From positions 96,001-160,000 of the IMG/VR virus record IMGVR_UViG_3300028833_000067: DNA of 64,000 nt. One strand, 5' to 3'. The notes under the pieces are model-generated. The model was not told the DNA's origin. It ran no database searches and saw only the letters and a program-made list of their open reading frames with translations. The position numbers and the translations under genes are program-made. Shown here in pieces: positions 25,411 through 38,248 of the stretch (position 1 is its first letter; every line of letters starts with the position of its first letter). The stretch comes from a virus (lineage: Duplodnaviria > Caudoviricetes).

Positions 25411-25499
25411 ATATCTTAAAATAAATAGTAATATTTTTCTCTTCTCCTATTACCTTAAAATAGGGAAATATCCTTAAATTTGTTAAAGGAAGTGATAAT

Positions 25500-25715
25500 A
25501 TGGCATATAAAATGACAAAAAGAGGATCATTAGATAATGAAACCACTAATGAATTTTTCTGTGATACTGCCAGTGATTTAAATAAAATTCCGGCTTCAGA
25601 AATTAATCTTGGGTCTGTTGCTGTTATAGTTGATACTATGGAAGTCTATATTGCAAATAGTAATAAATAGTGGATTAGTATGACTCCCACTAGTGACGAG
25701 GAGAGTGAACCATAA
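25500..25715 (+). CDS. small virion protein
   Basis: EFFCDTASDL..IP...LGS.A motif; one TAG. Confidence 0.6.
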
Positions 25716-27544
25716 TGGATATAATTGATATTATGCTCGCGCGTGCTATGACACCGCAAGGGAAGACCGAAACATATGTAGCAAAGGCCAATGCTGCCGC
25801 AGCAAAAGCAGAAAAAGCAGAACAAGATGCAGCAACTGCAATTAGTACTGTTGAGGCGGCCGCAGATGAGATAGCTACCGCACGCGAGGAAGCCGCGGCA
25901 TTATTAGAAGAAGCGCAAAATACTTTAGAAACCGCTCAGCAAGCGCAAATTAATTTCCCTGAATCCTATAATACAACAGGACAAAATACAGATGGTTATA
26001 TGACTCAGAAAGCAGTAACCGACGCTTTAAATGATAAAGTTAGTATAACTAATTTTAATGTTGCTTTATCTCAAAAAGCAGATACTGCCACTACCGTAAC
26101 TAAATAGTATGTTGATAGTGCTATTGCTTCAATTTCTAGTGGCAGTACAGTTATAGGAGGCGGCGGAAACACTAATCTTGGAAGTGAAAACGCCGGTTAT
26201 TTAGTCGTTGTTGGCGAAGATGGAAATATTAAACCTGGCGATGTAGATGAAATGACTTTAATTAGTTCTTTAATTAATAGTGGTACTTATGTCGCACGAG
26301 AAGCAGTTGGACTAGAAATAGACTATGCCGGTAAAGCAGTTTCTCGTATTCAAGAAGCGGTTGGCCTTAATATGGGTACTGATTTTAATAACTATATTAT
26401 GTATGGCGGCCGTATGCGCTGTAATGTTGCTGATGACGGCACAATAACTGCTTTCTATGGAGACGCAAATTATAAAGAAGATGGATCGAATGGATAGGTT
26501 ATGGTTTATTAGCCAAAATTCTATTATCAAAGAATTCCATTAAATGTACAAGATATTGCTAATGGCCGCGCAGTACGTCATGAGACATTAATTCTTAGCG
26601 CGAAAAAACAAACCGGGTTTAAGCTTCATCCAATTTTTAGTGATGGCAATGGCGGAGAACTTGATTATATATTATTCTCTGCCTATAATGGTAGTTTAGT
26701 TGATAATAAATTAGCGTCTATTGCAAATGTTAAGCCTGCCGCGAATATGAATATTACTCAGGCAGAAACATATGCTATTGCTCGCGGAAATGGCTGGCAT
26801 ATTAATAACATGGCCGCGGTTAGTGCTAATTAGATGCTATAGGTTGTAGAATATGGTAGTATGAATGGATAGGCATCTTTTGAAGATGGTATATCCAATT
26901 TATCTAAAATTACTCCTAATATTAATTGTAGCGCAATTACTGGTTCTACCGCCGCACTTGGTAATGAGAGCGGGCATGCGGAATCTACCATTAATGATAA
27001 TAATGGAGTCGAAGTAACAAACACTCAAGCAGGAGAACGTGCTATTAGTTATCGTGGATTAGAGAATCCTTGGGGCAATTTATGGAATTACATTGGTGGA
27101 TGTAATATTTATGGAGATGGTACTCGTTTTGGTGGTTCTCCATATATTTGTATTGACTTTAATTATACTCCAAGTACCATTGGCGATAATTATGAATATA
27201 TTGGCTTTAATCTACCAAATGCTTATGGTTGGATTAGCGCAATGGGCTGTACTAATTAGAAATATGACTGGATATTTATGCCTATTGAATGTTCTAATAC
27301 TGCGAATAGTTTATTACCAGTAGGCGATAATTTATGGACAGTAGCCAATGTAGATGTAATGAAGACAGCGGCAGTAGGCGGTTCATATTCTTTTAAAGAT
27401 AATAATGGATTATTCTATTATGCTTGTGATAATAATGTAACACGCTCTGCTTCTAATTTTGGCGCCCGTCTAATGTATATTCCAACTAAAAATACAACTT
27501 ATACAGCTAATATAAATAAATGGAAAAATAAAATAGGAGAGTGA
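25715..27544 (+). CDS. tail fibre/collar-like protein (TAG-recoded)
   Basis: ORFs 25715, 26252 and 27278 in one frame; DGSNG(Q)VMVY.PKFYY, YRGLENPWGNLW, FGARL motifs. Confidence 0.75.
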
Positions 27545-27549
27545 TAGCT

Positions 27550-27795
27550 ATGCGAGAGTATAAAAATATAAGTAGCTCAATAGAACCTAGTGAAATAGAG
27601 TTTACTCCCAATGCTGTTTACATAGCAAAAAATATTACTCCTTATGAAGAAAATTTAGGTGACCGTGTTATTAGTGGATACAAGTATGATTGTACAGAAT
27701 ATAGTAAAGATGAATATATGATTTATTAGAATGAAAAGATAAAATCATTAGAGGATGAATTAAAGGCCGCAAAAATCTTACTAGGAGTTGATTAA
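27550..27795 (+). CDS. hypothetical tail accessory protein
   Basis: YKYDCTEYSKDEYM motif; read through TAG. Confidence 0.6.
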
Positions 27796-27797
27796 TT

Positions 27798-28199
27798 ATG
27801 ACATTATTAGACTTAGCAAGAAAACTTCGCCCTTTTATAGAGAAAGCGGCTATATCTTTATCTGATGAAGACGCGCTGGAGGCAGTTAATTTATTTCCTA
27901 ATTGGCATGAGGGTATAGCCTATGAAAAGGATGCCCGAGTAAAATATGAAGAAATATTATATAAATGCCTTCAAGCGCATACTTCATAGAGTGGGTGGAC
28001 TCCTATCGCCGCTCCAAGTTTATGGGCGAAAGTATTAATTCCTGATGAAAATGTTATTCCTGAATGGGAGTAGCCAGATAGTACTAATCCTTATATGAAA
28101 GGAGACAAAGTATTATTTAATAATATAGTATACGAAAGTACAATAGACAATAATATATGGTCACCCGCGGACTATCCGGGAGGATGGCACGCACTTTAA
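27798..28199 (+). CDS. CBM5/12-like carbohydrate-binding protein (TAG-recoded)
   Basis: LYKCLQAHTS(TAG)SGWTP..APSLW and WE(TAG)PDSTNPYMKGDKV...YESTIDNNIWSP. Confidence 0.8.
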
Positions 28200-28254
28200 T
28201 ATTTGACAAATTATTATTCAATATGATATAATAAAAGAAAAAGGAGGTAATGGT

Positions 28255-28593
28255 ATGAACATTACTCAAATTTTACTTGGGATTATTATTTTAATTGGCG
28301 GTGCTATTAGTTTATTTGTAATTCCTTATCTTAAGGCGCATATGACAACAGAGTAGATTGGAATTTTAACTGGTATTGCACAAACTGTAGTATATGCCGC
28401 AGAAAAGATTTTTGGCGCGAAGATGGGCGCAGACAAATTAGCTTATGCTCTAAGAGTGGCTAAAGAATTACTTGCAAAAAAGGGATTATCTTTTGATGAA
28501 GATATAATTCGTGCAGCAATTGAAGCGCAAGTACAACAATTAACTTTAGAAAAAACTACTGTAGAGAATGCAATTGAGGCTAAGAAAGACTAA
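28255..28593 (+). CDS. phage holin, LL-H-like (one in-frame TAG)
   Basis: N-terminal TM, VIPYLK...VYAAEKIFG..MG.DK...IRAAIEAQV. Confidence 0.75.
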
Positions 28594-28874
28594 TGAAAGC
28601 TTCTGTAAAAACAGCTAATAAAGGCGCTTTAAATTTACGTGCTGCACCTTCCTCTTCTGCAAAAATACTTGCACAAATTCCTTATGGGACAGAATTGGAA
28701 GTTTCAACTCTATCGACAGAATGGGTTCCTGTTACTTATGAAAGTGGAACTGGATATGTAATGAGTAAATTTTTAAGTGAATTACAAGATTCAACAGCTA
28801 CAAAAGCTAGTTTAAAAAAAGTCTATGATGAGCTATCTATAGCTCTAAAAATGATAGAAGACATTTTAAAGTGA
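28593..28874 (+). CDS. SH3b domain protein
   Basis: GALNLRAAPS...IPYGT...W..VTY...GYVMSKFL. Confidence 0.8.
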   Translation: MKASVKTANKGALNLRAAPSSSAKILAQIPYGTELEVSTLSTEWVPVTYESGTGYVMSKFLSELQDSTATKASLKKVYDELSIALKMIEDILK

Positions 28875-28884
28875 GGTTACTTTA

Positions 28885-29079
28885 ATGGAAGAACAACTAT
28901 TTGATGAAATTGGATGTTTTTATTGTTATGATAATAAGCATTAGAAAGAAAAGAAACCATTATGGTTTATGGATGCCGCAAATAATTTAAAAGTATGCGA
29001 TTATTGCCCTAAGTGCGGGCGAAAATATGGGGAGGTGCCAATGAATGAATAGTTGGAATCAGCCATAGATGTAGAATAA
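28885..29079 (+). CDS. small Zn-ribbon protein
   Basis: CFYC...YCPKCGRK. Confidence 0.55.
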
Positions 29080-29482
29080 TATGACAATGGGACAAGCGCA
29101 ATTTAATCCATATAGTTCTTGGAACTTCCCTAATCCTTAGCCAAGAACTTTTAATTAGCCTTTACCTACTTATCGCGCTGACCCAATTCATGGAGAAAAT
29201 GCCGCGTGGCAATTTCCTATGGGGCCGAATAGTGAGATTTATTTACCAGATAGCGATAAGGATATCATTTGGTGGATTAGAACTGATCAAAATAATAATA
29301 GATCAGTAATGCCTTTTGATGTTAAACCGCATCAAGAGCCAGCTCCTGTTGATACTAATGATTTAGCCGCAAGGTTAGCAGCTGTGGAGGAATGGATAAA
29401 TGGCAAGTAGAATAAGTCAAATGCGAAACGGAATGCAGCAAATGCCGCAGAACAACAATCTGCAAGTGGAAGCAACGCGTAA
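29045..29482 (+). CDS. hypothetical protein with Q/N/P-rich N-terminus (TAG-recoded)
   Basis: Frame includes ORF 29219; TAGs lie in a Gln-rich tract. Confidence 0.6.
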
Positions 29483-29669
29483 TTTAATGCAGTAGCTAAA
29501 AACCGCAACTAATTAGCAAGCAATGTTAAATTAGATTTTACAAGGAAATCCAGCAATTGCAAATTTAGTACGTAGCGGCGGAAGTTTAGAGGCATATGCA
29601 AGATAGATGGCCGCAAGCAAAGGTATAGATATTAATTGGTTATTAAAACAATTGCAAGGAGGAATGTAA
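29400..29669 (+). CDS. hypothetical Gln-rich protein
   Basis: Open if TAG=Gln; ...MAASKGIDIN. Confidence 0.55.
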
Positions 29670-29670
29670 T

Positions 29671-29964
29671 ATGAATACTATTATTTTTAATAATGAAAAC
29701 AGTTTTCAAGTAGAAAGTTATAGTAAGACCACAAATTTTGATGGTGTTAATATATATAGCAATGCTACTGCAACATTATTAGGTTATGGAACAGATGTAA
29801 ATGCTTTAAACGGTATGCTAAATTAGACTATTACTTCTATTAAAATTGTTTCTAATGGTAATACAATTTATGAAATCACTGATCTTAATGCTGAAATTAA
29901 CTCCATTACTGAGTATCTTAGCGGTGATCATATGAGTATCAATTTAAATATGATATTTAAGTGA
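29671..29964 (+). CDS. hypothetical protein
   Basis: GGAGG RBS, open with one TAG. Confidence 0.55.
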
Positions 29965-29975
29965 GGTAATGATAT

Positions 29976-30284
29976 ATGAAAATCATTTCCGAGATTTGTG
30001 ATAAAATTGAATGTGAACTTAAATAGGCAGAAAAATATATAGATTGCGCTATTTACGTACAATAGGATTATCCTTAGTTAGCAGAAATTTATTATAAATT
30101 AAGCGATTAGCGCATGAAAGATTAGAGTATGCTACATGACTAGGTTGTAGCTATAATAAATGAATATAAAAAATCTAATGGTGAGCCACCTGAAACTATG
30201 AAATTTCTTTATGAATACCTTCATAAAAAATTTATTGACTGGGCTGCATAGATTAAAATTAAACAAAATTTATATAAGACCTAA
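29976..30284 (+). CDS. helical (ferritin-like) hypothetical protein
   Basis: GAGGT RBS; many TAG; MLHD.VV...EPPE.M..LYEYLH. Confidence 0.6.
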
Positions 30285-30366
30285 TATTTGACAATGAGAA
30301 ATAGAATATGTTATAATAATAAGGTGGTATTGAACTGCAGCTTCGCGCCAGTTTTATACTGCAACA

Positions 30367-30407
30367 ATGAGGGGCCACCTTTTGATAAGGGCCCCTTATT
30401 TTTTTTA
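30367..30407 (+). terminator. intrinsic terminator / attenuator ahead of tail-fibre gene
   Basis: GAGGGGCC...GGCCCCTT + T tract about 80 nt after promoter at 30288. Confidence 0.6.
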
Positions 30408-30421
30408 TGGAGGTGAGGTAA

Positions 30422-32908
30422 GTGACAGCAGGTAATTTCAACTTAACCTCTTATTATGCTAAAAGGATTATAGGTGATACGGCCGCGGCGAGTTAGAGTA
30501 GTGCGCTATTGTAGACTGGAACAAATATTGCAACAGATACATGGATCTTACATAGAACGAATAGGAGTGAGTTGTATGGTATAAAGTATTATTATGATAC
30601 AACTGAAACTGATAATGTAAATAATGGACATGATAGGATTGAATTGTATGGCGGGTAGCAAGATGATCAAGAACATTATATATCAAGTATTTGGGCATAG
30701 TTAGATACTGGTGATACTTATATATTAGGAAAAGTTGGGATTGGATATGATCCAACTACTGACGGAAATACATATAAATTGTATGTAAATGGTAATTCTT
30801 ATTTTACTGACCATATGTATATAGGAAGAAATGATAGCGCACATATATATTTAATAAATAAAAATTGGACTAAAGGAACGAATCCTAGTTCATAGACATA
30901 TTCTGCTATAGAATATAATGATGTAAATAATAGTCGTGTTGCTTTATTAGAGACTACTTTAGATATATCTGGAAATAGTCGTTTTAATATTTATTTAGTT
31001 CCAAATGTCGAAAATAGTACAAGTTGGAGCGGTATTGTTTTATAGAAAACAAATGATAATGTTTTGACTGTAAATATTGCAGGAACTACAACTGTTAGTG
31101 GAACTATACATGCTAATGGTGGTTATTTAAAATCTACTTTAAATAGTAATACTGTATAGATTGGTTCGCAAAATTCTAGTTTTTGTCATATTACTAATAG
31201 TGCAAATATTCCTTTTTGGTTTAATAAAACTATATAGATAGATGGTAATTTAGTATTATATCAGAAAAATACATCATTAGAACCAGGATATTTGCATCTG
31301 GGTGGAACTACTGATGCAACTATGACTTCCGCTTCAACTAATCCTAGAATTTGCTTTTCAGAGGGCGCGAGCGCCCAACCTGTATACTTGATATATACGG
31401 ATGCGGATTCCTATCGTGCCCCGGCTGGATTAAAAGTGATTGGAGGGACAAGCGCTACTCCTGCTTGGTTTGAAGTTGAAGGAGATATACATGCTGGAGG
31501 AAACTTAATATTCGCAAATAGTGGTACGGCTTTCCGCGGTATCAATTATGGAACTATGGGTGACAATGATCAATGGCGTATAGGTGGGGCAGCAACTGCA
31601 TCTAATGCTGGATATATGGAATTAGCAACTGCTGACGATGGAAATGAACCTATATATGTTAGACAATACACAGGAGTATTTACTACTTTAAAAAGAACAT
31701 TGACATTATTAGATGCTAATGGGAATACAACTTTTCCTGGTAGTTTATATTTAAACAATCGAGGCACAAATATAATTTATAATGGCCCGAATGATGCCGT
31801 AAATGGTGTTGGTGGCGCATTAAATAATTTAGTATTTAGTTCTTGGTATGGTGTATCATTCACTACATCTTGTACTGGACAAACTTATACAGGTACCAAT
31901 GCTGTGTCTATTAACTGCAGAAATGGTAATGTATATGCAGCACATTTTAATGGCCCACTTACAGGTAATGTAACAGGAAATTGTAGTGGTTCTTCGGGCA
32001 GTTGTACAGGTAATGCTGCTACAGCAACAAAATTACAAACCGCCCGAGCAATTAATGGCACTAACTTTGATGGGTCTGCGGCCATTACAACCGCTAATTG
32101 GGGTACTGCAAGAAATTTCACTATTAAAGATTCATCAAGCACCAATGCGGGTACGGCTGTTAGCGTAAATGGAAGTGGCGCAGTTACTTTATTATTACCA
32201 GCTACAATTAAAGCAACTATAACTGGTAATTGTAGCGGTTGTGTCGCTACTGCTGCAGGCACAAGTTGGAATAACGGTCATACTGCTGCTCCTATAAGAA
32301 TTGCTGGCGGAGCAAATTATCATGTTGCTATGTCTATATAGACTGCTAATGGTTATTGGAGTATTGGTAATCATGGTAGCTCGGGATCCAATTCTAATGC
32401 GTTAATTTTTAATTATTGGGGATCTGGTCAGTCTAATGCATAGCGTGGTGCACGCATTATGCAAAATGGTACTTTTGTTGCAGTTGGCGGTGATATTGCA
32501 GAATATCGAGAAGGCTTAGAAAATGCTCCAGGTAGAGTTGTTGTAGAATCTGGAAATTCAGATACGTTAGTATTATGCCAAGAACGATTAATCTCGGGAG
32601 CAAAAGTAATATCTGATACATTTGGTATGGCAGTCGGTAATAATAAGGGCCGCAACACTCCTATAGCTATTAGTGGACGTGTACTCGTATATCCATATAA
32701 AGATCGCAATTTATATCATCCGGGTGATGCTGTTTGTTCCGCGCCCGGAGGCACAGTTGATATTATGACCCGTGAAGAAATTGTGCAATATCCAGAAAGA
32801 ATTATAGGTATCGTTTCAATGGTACCTACATATGATTCATGGTATTTAAACGATGGAGAAGAGAGCCAAATCCCAGTTAATGGCAGAATATGGATTTATG
32901 TACGATAA
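30422..32908 (+). CDS. tail fibre/spike with C-terminal intramolecular-chaperone (peptidase G2-like) domain (TAG-recoded)
   Basis: ORFs 31292 and 32459 in frame; GNAATATKLQTARAING..FDGS; GDIAEY...PIAISGRV..PERIIG. Confidence 0.75.
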
Positions 32909-33117
32909 AAATTTTATTCTTGTATAAATTTTTATCATATATCTCCTCATTCAAAAACACATATTTTATAGGGATAGTAATTAGTAAAATTTATCATGAA
33001 ATGAAATCATATAATAGATAAAGGTTCGCGCGAAAGAATATTCAACCTTATCCTCAATTTACTAGTTCATTAATAAATTTTACTATTTAATATTAATATA
33101 AAATGGAGATGATTAAT

Positions 33118-33747
33118 ATGGGTGAAAACGGATTAACTCCAGCTGATATTGCCGCAGTAAATGGTAATAATATGGAAAATGGTTGGGGCGGTATGATTTG
33201 GCTATTTGCAATCCTCGCTATGATGGGTGGCGGCTTTGGCTTTGGTAATGGCTATCGTCCACAGTATGCAACTCAGGATTTTGTGCAGAATGGTTTCAAT
33301 TTTAATGATCTTCAAGACCAGAATCGTGATATTATGCAAGCTATTAATTATGGTACTGCTCAGGCAGTAGCTACTACCAACAATGTCTATCATGATTTAA
33401 TGAATGGTCTATCTGATAAATATACTGAGCTTCAACGTGATATTGCGGGTTTAGCTGTTGGCCAAGCAAATCAACTTGCTCGTATTAATGAATGTTGCTG
33501 CAATACACAGGCTGCCATCGCTCAAGTAAATTATGACGCTGCAATGCGCGATGCTGCAACCAATGCTAATATTGTTGCACAGAATCAGAAGGTTCTAGAT
33601 GCTATTATGGGTAATAAGATGGAAGCCTTACAGAATCGAGTAAATCAGCTTGAATTACAGAACCAGTTACAGGGTGTTGTACGCTATCCACAGGGTTGGA
33701 CATATAATGCTGGCAATTCTCCATTCTGCGGAGGATGTAATATGTAA
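33118..33747 (+). CDS. conserved Firmicutes-phage protein (G/N-rich, ECCC motif)
   Basis: LTPADIAAV..GGMIWLFAILAM..NECCCNTQ; no TAG. Confidence 0.7.
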   Translation: MGENGLTPADIAAVNGNNMENGWGGMIWLFAILAMMGGGFGFGNGYRPQYATQDFVQNGFNFNDLQDQNRDIMQAINYGTAQAVATTNNVYHDLMNGLSDKYTELQRDIAGLAVGQANQLARINECCCNTQAAIAQVNYDAAMRDAATNANIVAQNQKVLDAIMGNKMEALQNRVNQLELQNQLQGVVRYPQGWTYNAGNSPFCGGCNM

Positions 33748-33784
33748 TTAAGAGTGTATTAAGTACACCATTACAATATACCAT

Positions 33785-33821
33785 AGGACGTACTTAATAT
33801 AAGTACGTCCTCTATTTTTTT
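33785..33821 (+). terminator. intrinsic terminator
   Basis: AGGACGTACTT-AATAT-AAGTACGTCCT + T tract. Confidence 0.7.
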
Positions 33822-33844
33822 ATATATTATAAGGAGGAATAATT

Positions 33845-34258
33845 ATGTTATAGGCTTATTCAAATAATATAGATGTAGCCGCTGGCGCGGCTTTCCCACT
33901 TAATAATGTAGTAGTAGATAAAGGTTGCGGCGAGGTTCTTAGCGGTCCAGCAACTATTCAGCTCAATAAACGTGGTATTTATCTTGTTGAAGTAGATGGT
34001 TTTGCTACCCCAGATGCAGCCACTATGGTAAGCGCGCAGCTTTATGTAAATGGTGTTCCTCAGCCGCAGGCTATTAGTAGTTTTATGGGTACTGCGGTAA
34101 CTGCTACAGATAATTTTGGTTTCAAAACTTTTGTCCGTGTAGCAGAAAATAATTGTAATTGTAATTGTTTTACTTCTCCAACTATTATTCAGGTGCTAAA
34201 TGGAGAAACAGCAATTTCTGATGCCCATATAAATGTTGTAGTAACCCAGATTCGTTAA
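33845..34258 (+). CDS. beta-sandwich (BclA C-terminal-like) protein
   Basis: AGGAGG RBS; ML(TAG)AYS...IQLNKRGIYLV..SAQLYVNGVP. Confidence 0.6.
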
Positions 34259-34310
34259 TATAAGGGCGGGCATGACCCGCCCATTTATTTTTTATAAGGA
34301 GAGGATTACT

Positions 34311-34853
34311 ATGACTATAGAAGAGATTTTTAATAAAATTGCTTCCCATATGGTAGAAGGTATTATGGTACATGATGAAATGGCAAATGCCTATGACTTT
34401 TTAGGATTATTTGGTTTTGCTAAATTGCATGACTATTAGCATATAGAAGAAACTTGCGCTTATCGTAAGCTCGCGCACTATTATTCTACTCACTATCATA
34501 AACTATTAAAAATAGATACTCAAATACGTCAACCTATTATACCTGAAAGTTGGTATAAATACACAACAATGGATGTAGATATAAACACCAAGCGTAGCGC
34601 AGTTAAGGAAATGATGGGAAAATGGGTAAAATGGGAGCAAGATACAAAGAAATTATACTAGGAAATGCGGCAAGAGCTTTGCGCATTGGGCGAAGTTGCC
34701 GCGGCCTTAGAAATAGATTGCTTTATTAAAGAAGTAGATGATGAATTAGTTCATGCAGAAAAGAAATTCATCAAATTAGAAACAATAGGATATGATATTG
34801 AAACTATTATTAGTTGGCAATAGCATATGTATAAAAAATATAAAAAGGAGTGA
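34311..34853 (+). CDS. ferritin-like hypothetical protein
   Basis: HMVEGIMVHDEMA..FLGLFGF..LH..EE; open with TAG. Confidence 0.65.
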
Positions 34854-34858
34854 TAGCT

Positions 34859-35242
34859 TTGATTAGATTAATTTAGCGTAAACTAATAATCCCTCAAGGC
34901 GATACTGGTAGTTTTACTATTCCAACCCAAGGTACAGTTGAAGAGGGGGATGTAGCTATTTTCTCTATTTATGATACATTAACACATACAACCGTATTAG
35001 AGAAAAAAATTGATGCAACAGCAGAAACATTAACCTTTAATTTTGTATCTGAAGATACATTAAATATAGAACCAGATGAAAAAGAATCGGGCGGACGTTA
35101 TCGTTGGGATGTCGCAATTCAACGTGATCCATTATATGACGAAGACAATAATTTGATTCATTATGATAGCGTAGATTCATATTACGCCGCTTTTACTTTA
35201 CCAATCTGTGTGATAAAAAGGGTGACGCGCAATGTATTATAA
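34859..35242 (+). CDS. BppU-like baseplate/tail protein
   Basis: TTG start; I.QGDTGSF...EDT..IEP...YRWDV. Confidence 0.55.
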
Positions 35243-35708
35243 AAGTAGTAGAGCGCGCACGCGCGATCTATTGCTTGAGTATGATACACATATCATGCCA
35301 CCAAGACCGCGCGCGGCGGGCATAGGAATAATATATCCATGGTTACAAAGTAACTATGTTGATGGTAATTGGGTAACTTTACCTATTCCAGAGACAGCAG
35401 AATTTTCTACAGTATACCCATGGGAATCAATTGGTTTAAGTATGCTTGGAGATTAGATTTATTTACTCGCGGCACGAAGCGGATATCATGGGACACGCGA
35501 AGAATTTCATCGGTACTTTGGCTCATACTTAGAGTCAAATAAATGGGAAATTTTATTTGAAACCTATGATAATTTCCCACAAACAGGTGAAGTAGATAAA
35601 TTATATTTTGACTTAAATGAAAAAATACTTTATTATTGGAACAATGAATATATTCCAGTAAACGCAATGCTTATTGCTCGTACTATATTAAATGGGGGTG
35701 AAGCATAA
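35232..35708 (+). CDS. virion-associated hypothetical protein
   Basis: Read through TAG 35454; FPQTGEVDKLYFD motif. Confidence 0.6.
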
Positions 35709-36433
35709 TGGCATCTAATACTATACAAGTTACTCTACAAATTCGTCATGACTAGAAAGATGATTGGGTTGCGAGAAATCCGGTATTAGCAGAAGGTGAA
35801 CTCGCGCTCGAAACTGATCCCAGTAATGCTAACTCCTTTTTGCTTAAAATTGGAGATGGAGTAAGAAATTGGGAGCATTTACCCTATTTAAATAAATTTG
35901 ATGCTTCATACTTTTCTAAAACAGTAAATGGCGACATTACTCTTAATCCAACTTTTGTAGAACAAATAAATAACTTAATTGCACAGGCAGGCGGAGATGC
36001 TAAAATTATTATTACCGATGATCCGGTTGAGCCAACCGATCCCGTTAATTTACGTTACTTAGAGTGGGCAATAGCCCATGCTGGTCATCTTCGCCGCGAA
36101 GTAGTAACTAAACTACCAGCGATTGCAGACGCAGATACAAATACTATGTATTTAGTTCCTGTAACTAATGGTGTTGGGTATACTGAATATATGCTTATTA
36201 ATGGCGTTTGGGATACAGTTGGAACTACCAGTGATAGCCATACTGGCTATGAATTACCAGTTGCTACATTTGCTGCGTTAGGTGGAGTTAGATCTGATGA
36301 TATTACTCAGCATCCTAATACAGAATATCTTAGTGTTACACAAGAAGGATTTATGACTTTAAATAAAGTATCAACCTCCAAATTATTTGTACCGACCGGT
36401 GATACGCTAATTATTTATGGAGGTACAGCTTAA
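35708..36433 (+). CDS. tail fibre protein with Mtd-N/hyaluronidase-like N-terminus
   Basis: W..RNPVLAEGELALETD...LKIGDGV..W..LPY. Confidence 0.75.
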
Positions 36434-36454
36434 TAAGATAATGGAGGTGGGAAA

Positions 36455-38215
36455 ATGGCTACGAATATATTATAGACTATTATCCAATTACGATATGGAA
36501 CCTTTAACGAATGGATGAATAGTTCTATTATTCTTCATAAAGGTGAAGCCGCGATATGTACTTTTCCAAGTGAAAGTACTATTGAGTCACTTTCAAATGG
36601 AATTCCTTCTAATACTCCTCCTGCTGTTGGAATTAAAATTGGTGATGGACAACATTATTTTTATCAATTACCATGGTTATAGGGAGTTGCCGCAGATGTA
36701 TATAGTTGGGCAAAGCGTAGTACAAAACCAACTTATACCGCAGCAGAAATTAGTGGCTTATAGAGTTTTTTAGAGGAAAATTTTCATTTAAGTGGAGATA
36801 TAACCTTTGCTCCTCGTATTTATCAAATAATTGAAGGAACAGGCGATAATATTAATAAATATTATTTACGATATAAAGAAAATAATGAAGATGCTCAATG
36901 GGTAGTTGATACGAATCATCCAATTGATTTATCTATGTATTAGAAAGTTGTTGATTGGATTGGCACTAATATTATTACAAATCCAAATTTTCCTACTCTT
37001 GGCGCTTTTAGCGGCGCGCATATCGACAGCAAAATTAATGTATTAAATGTAGCAGATACCCCAATAGCAAATCAATTTGTAACTTCTGTCAATGAAACTG
37101 CCGGTAAAATTACTGTTGAACGTGCGAGGCCAACTTTTAGTAATATTGATGGTACATTAAATGTAGAAAAAGGTGGTACCGGTCAAACTACTTTAGCTGA
37201 AAATCATGTATTAGTGGGTAATGGCACAGATTCTATAAAATTAATTCCAATTGCAGAAACTATTGCCAATAATAATCATCTTGTTCCTAATAACGTAATA
37301 AAAGCATATGTTGATAATGCAGTTGCTGGTTTAAGTGGAGCAATGCATTTTATTGGTGAGGCAGCAGTTGTAATTAGAGAAGGTAGCGCCGTAGACCCAC
37401 GTATTCCTGATTATAATTTTGCTTAGGCTCAGCCAGGCGATGTAATCTTATATAATGAAAAAGAATTTGTCTGGAATGGCGGCAATTGGCAACTATTAGG
37501 TGATGAAAGTAGCTATGCTGTAAAAGGTAGCATTAAGGATGTAGACATTGATGCTGAGGCCGCGATATAGCAATCTAAGATTGCAGGCTTAGCAGAAGCA
37601 TTTGAGGGAAAAGTAGATAAAAAAGAAGGTAAAACTCTTACTTCAAATGACTTTACTGATGAATTAAAAACTAAATTAGAGAATTTACCTGAAAATGCTT
37701 AGGCTAATGTTATTGAACATATTTTATTAAATGGCACAGAAATCTCTCCTGCTATTGTAAATGACTTAACTAAAGCCATTAATCTTTAGATAAATGAATT
37801 TGATGACGCATCAAGGACTAAGTTATAGGGTATCTAGGCCAGTGCAGAAGTTAATAAGATAGAAAAAATTATATATGACTCAGAGGAATTAGTACCGGAT
37901 GCAGAGCGTAAGGTAGTAATTACACCTATAAAGCACGAGAATGTAATTGAATCTATTGCTATAAATGGAGTAGTTTGGCCGCCAGATACAAATAAATAGG
38001 TCAATATTAGATTGGACCAATCTGCACTTAATTTAGATGTCCTTGAAGGAGCAACAATCCCGACTGCTAGTGGTTATACTAGAGAAGATGTTACTTAGGT
38101 ATCTAAAAAATTACAATTAGAGCGTATCGCAGCTACTGGAAATGTATAGGATTTGCGGCAAACTGCTGATACGTATATTATATTAAACTGCGGAAGCAGT
38201 ACAGATGTTATTTAA
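36455..38215 (+). CDS. tail fibre protein (Mtd-N-like N-terminus, TAG-recoded)
   Basis: LHKGEAA..KIGDG..F.QLPW..AADVYSWAK; GAMHFIG; KVDK.EGK.L.SNDFT. Confidence 0.7.
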
Positions 38216-38248
38216 ACTTGACTGGAATGATGTCAAGGAGGTGTTTTT

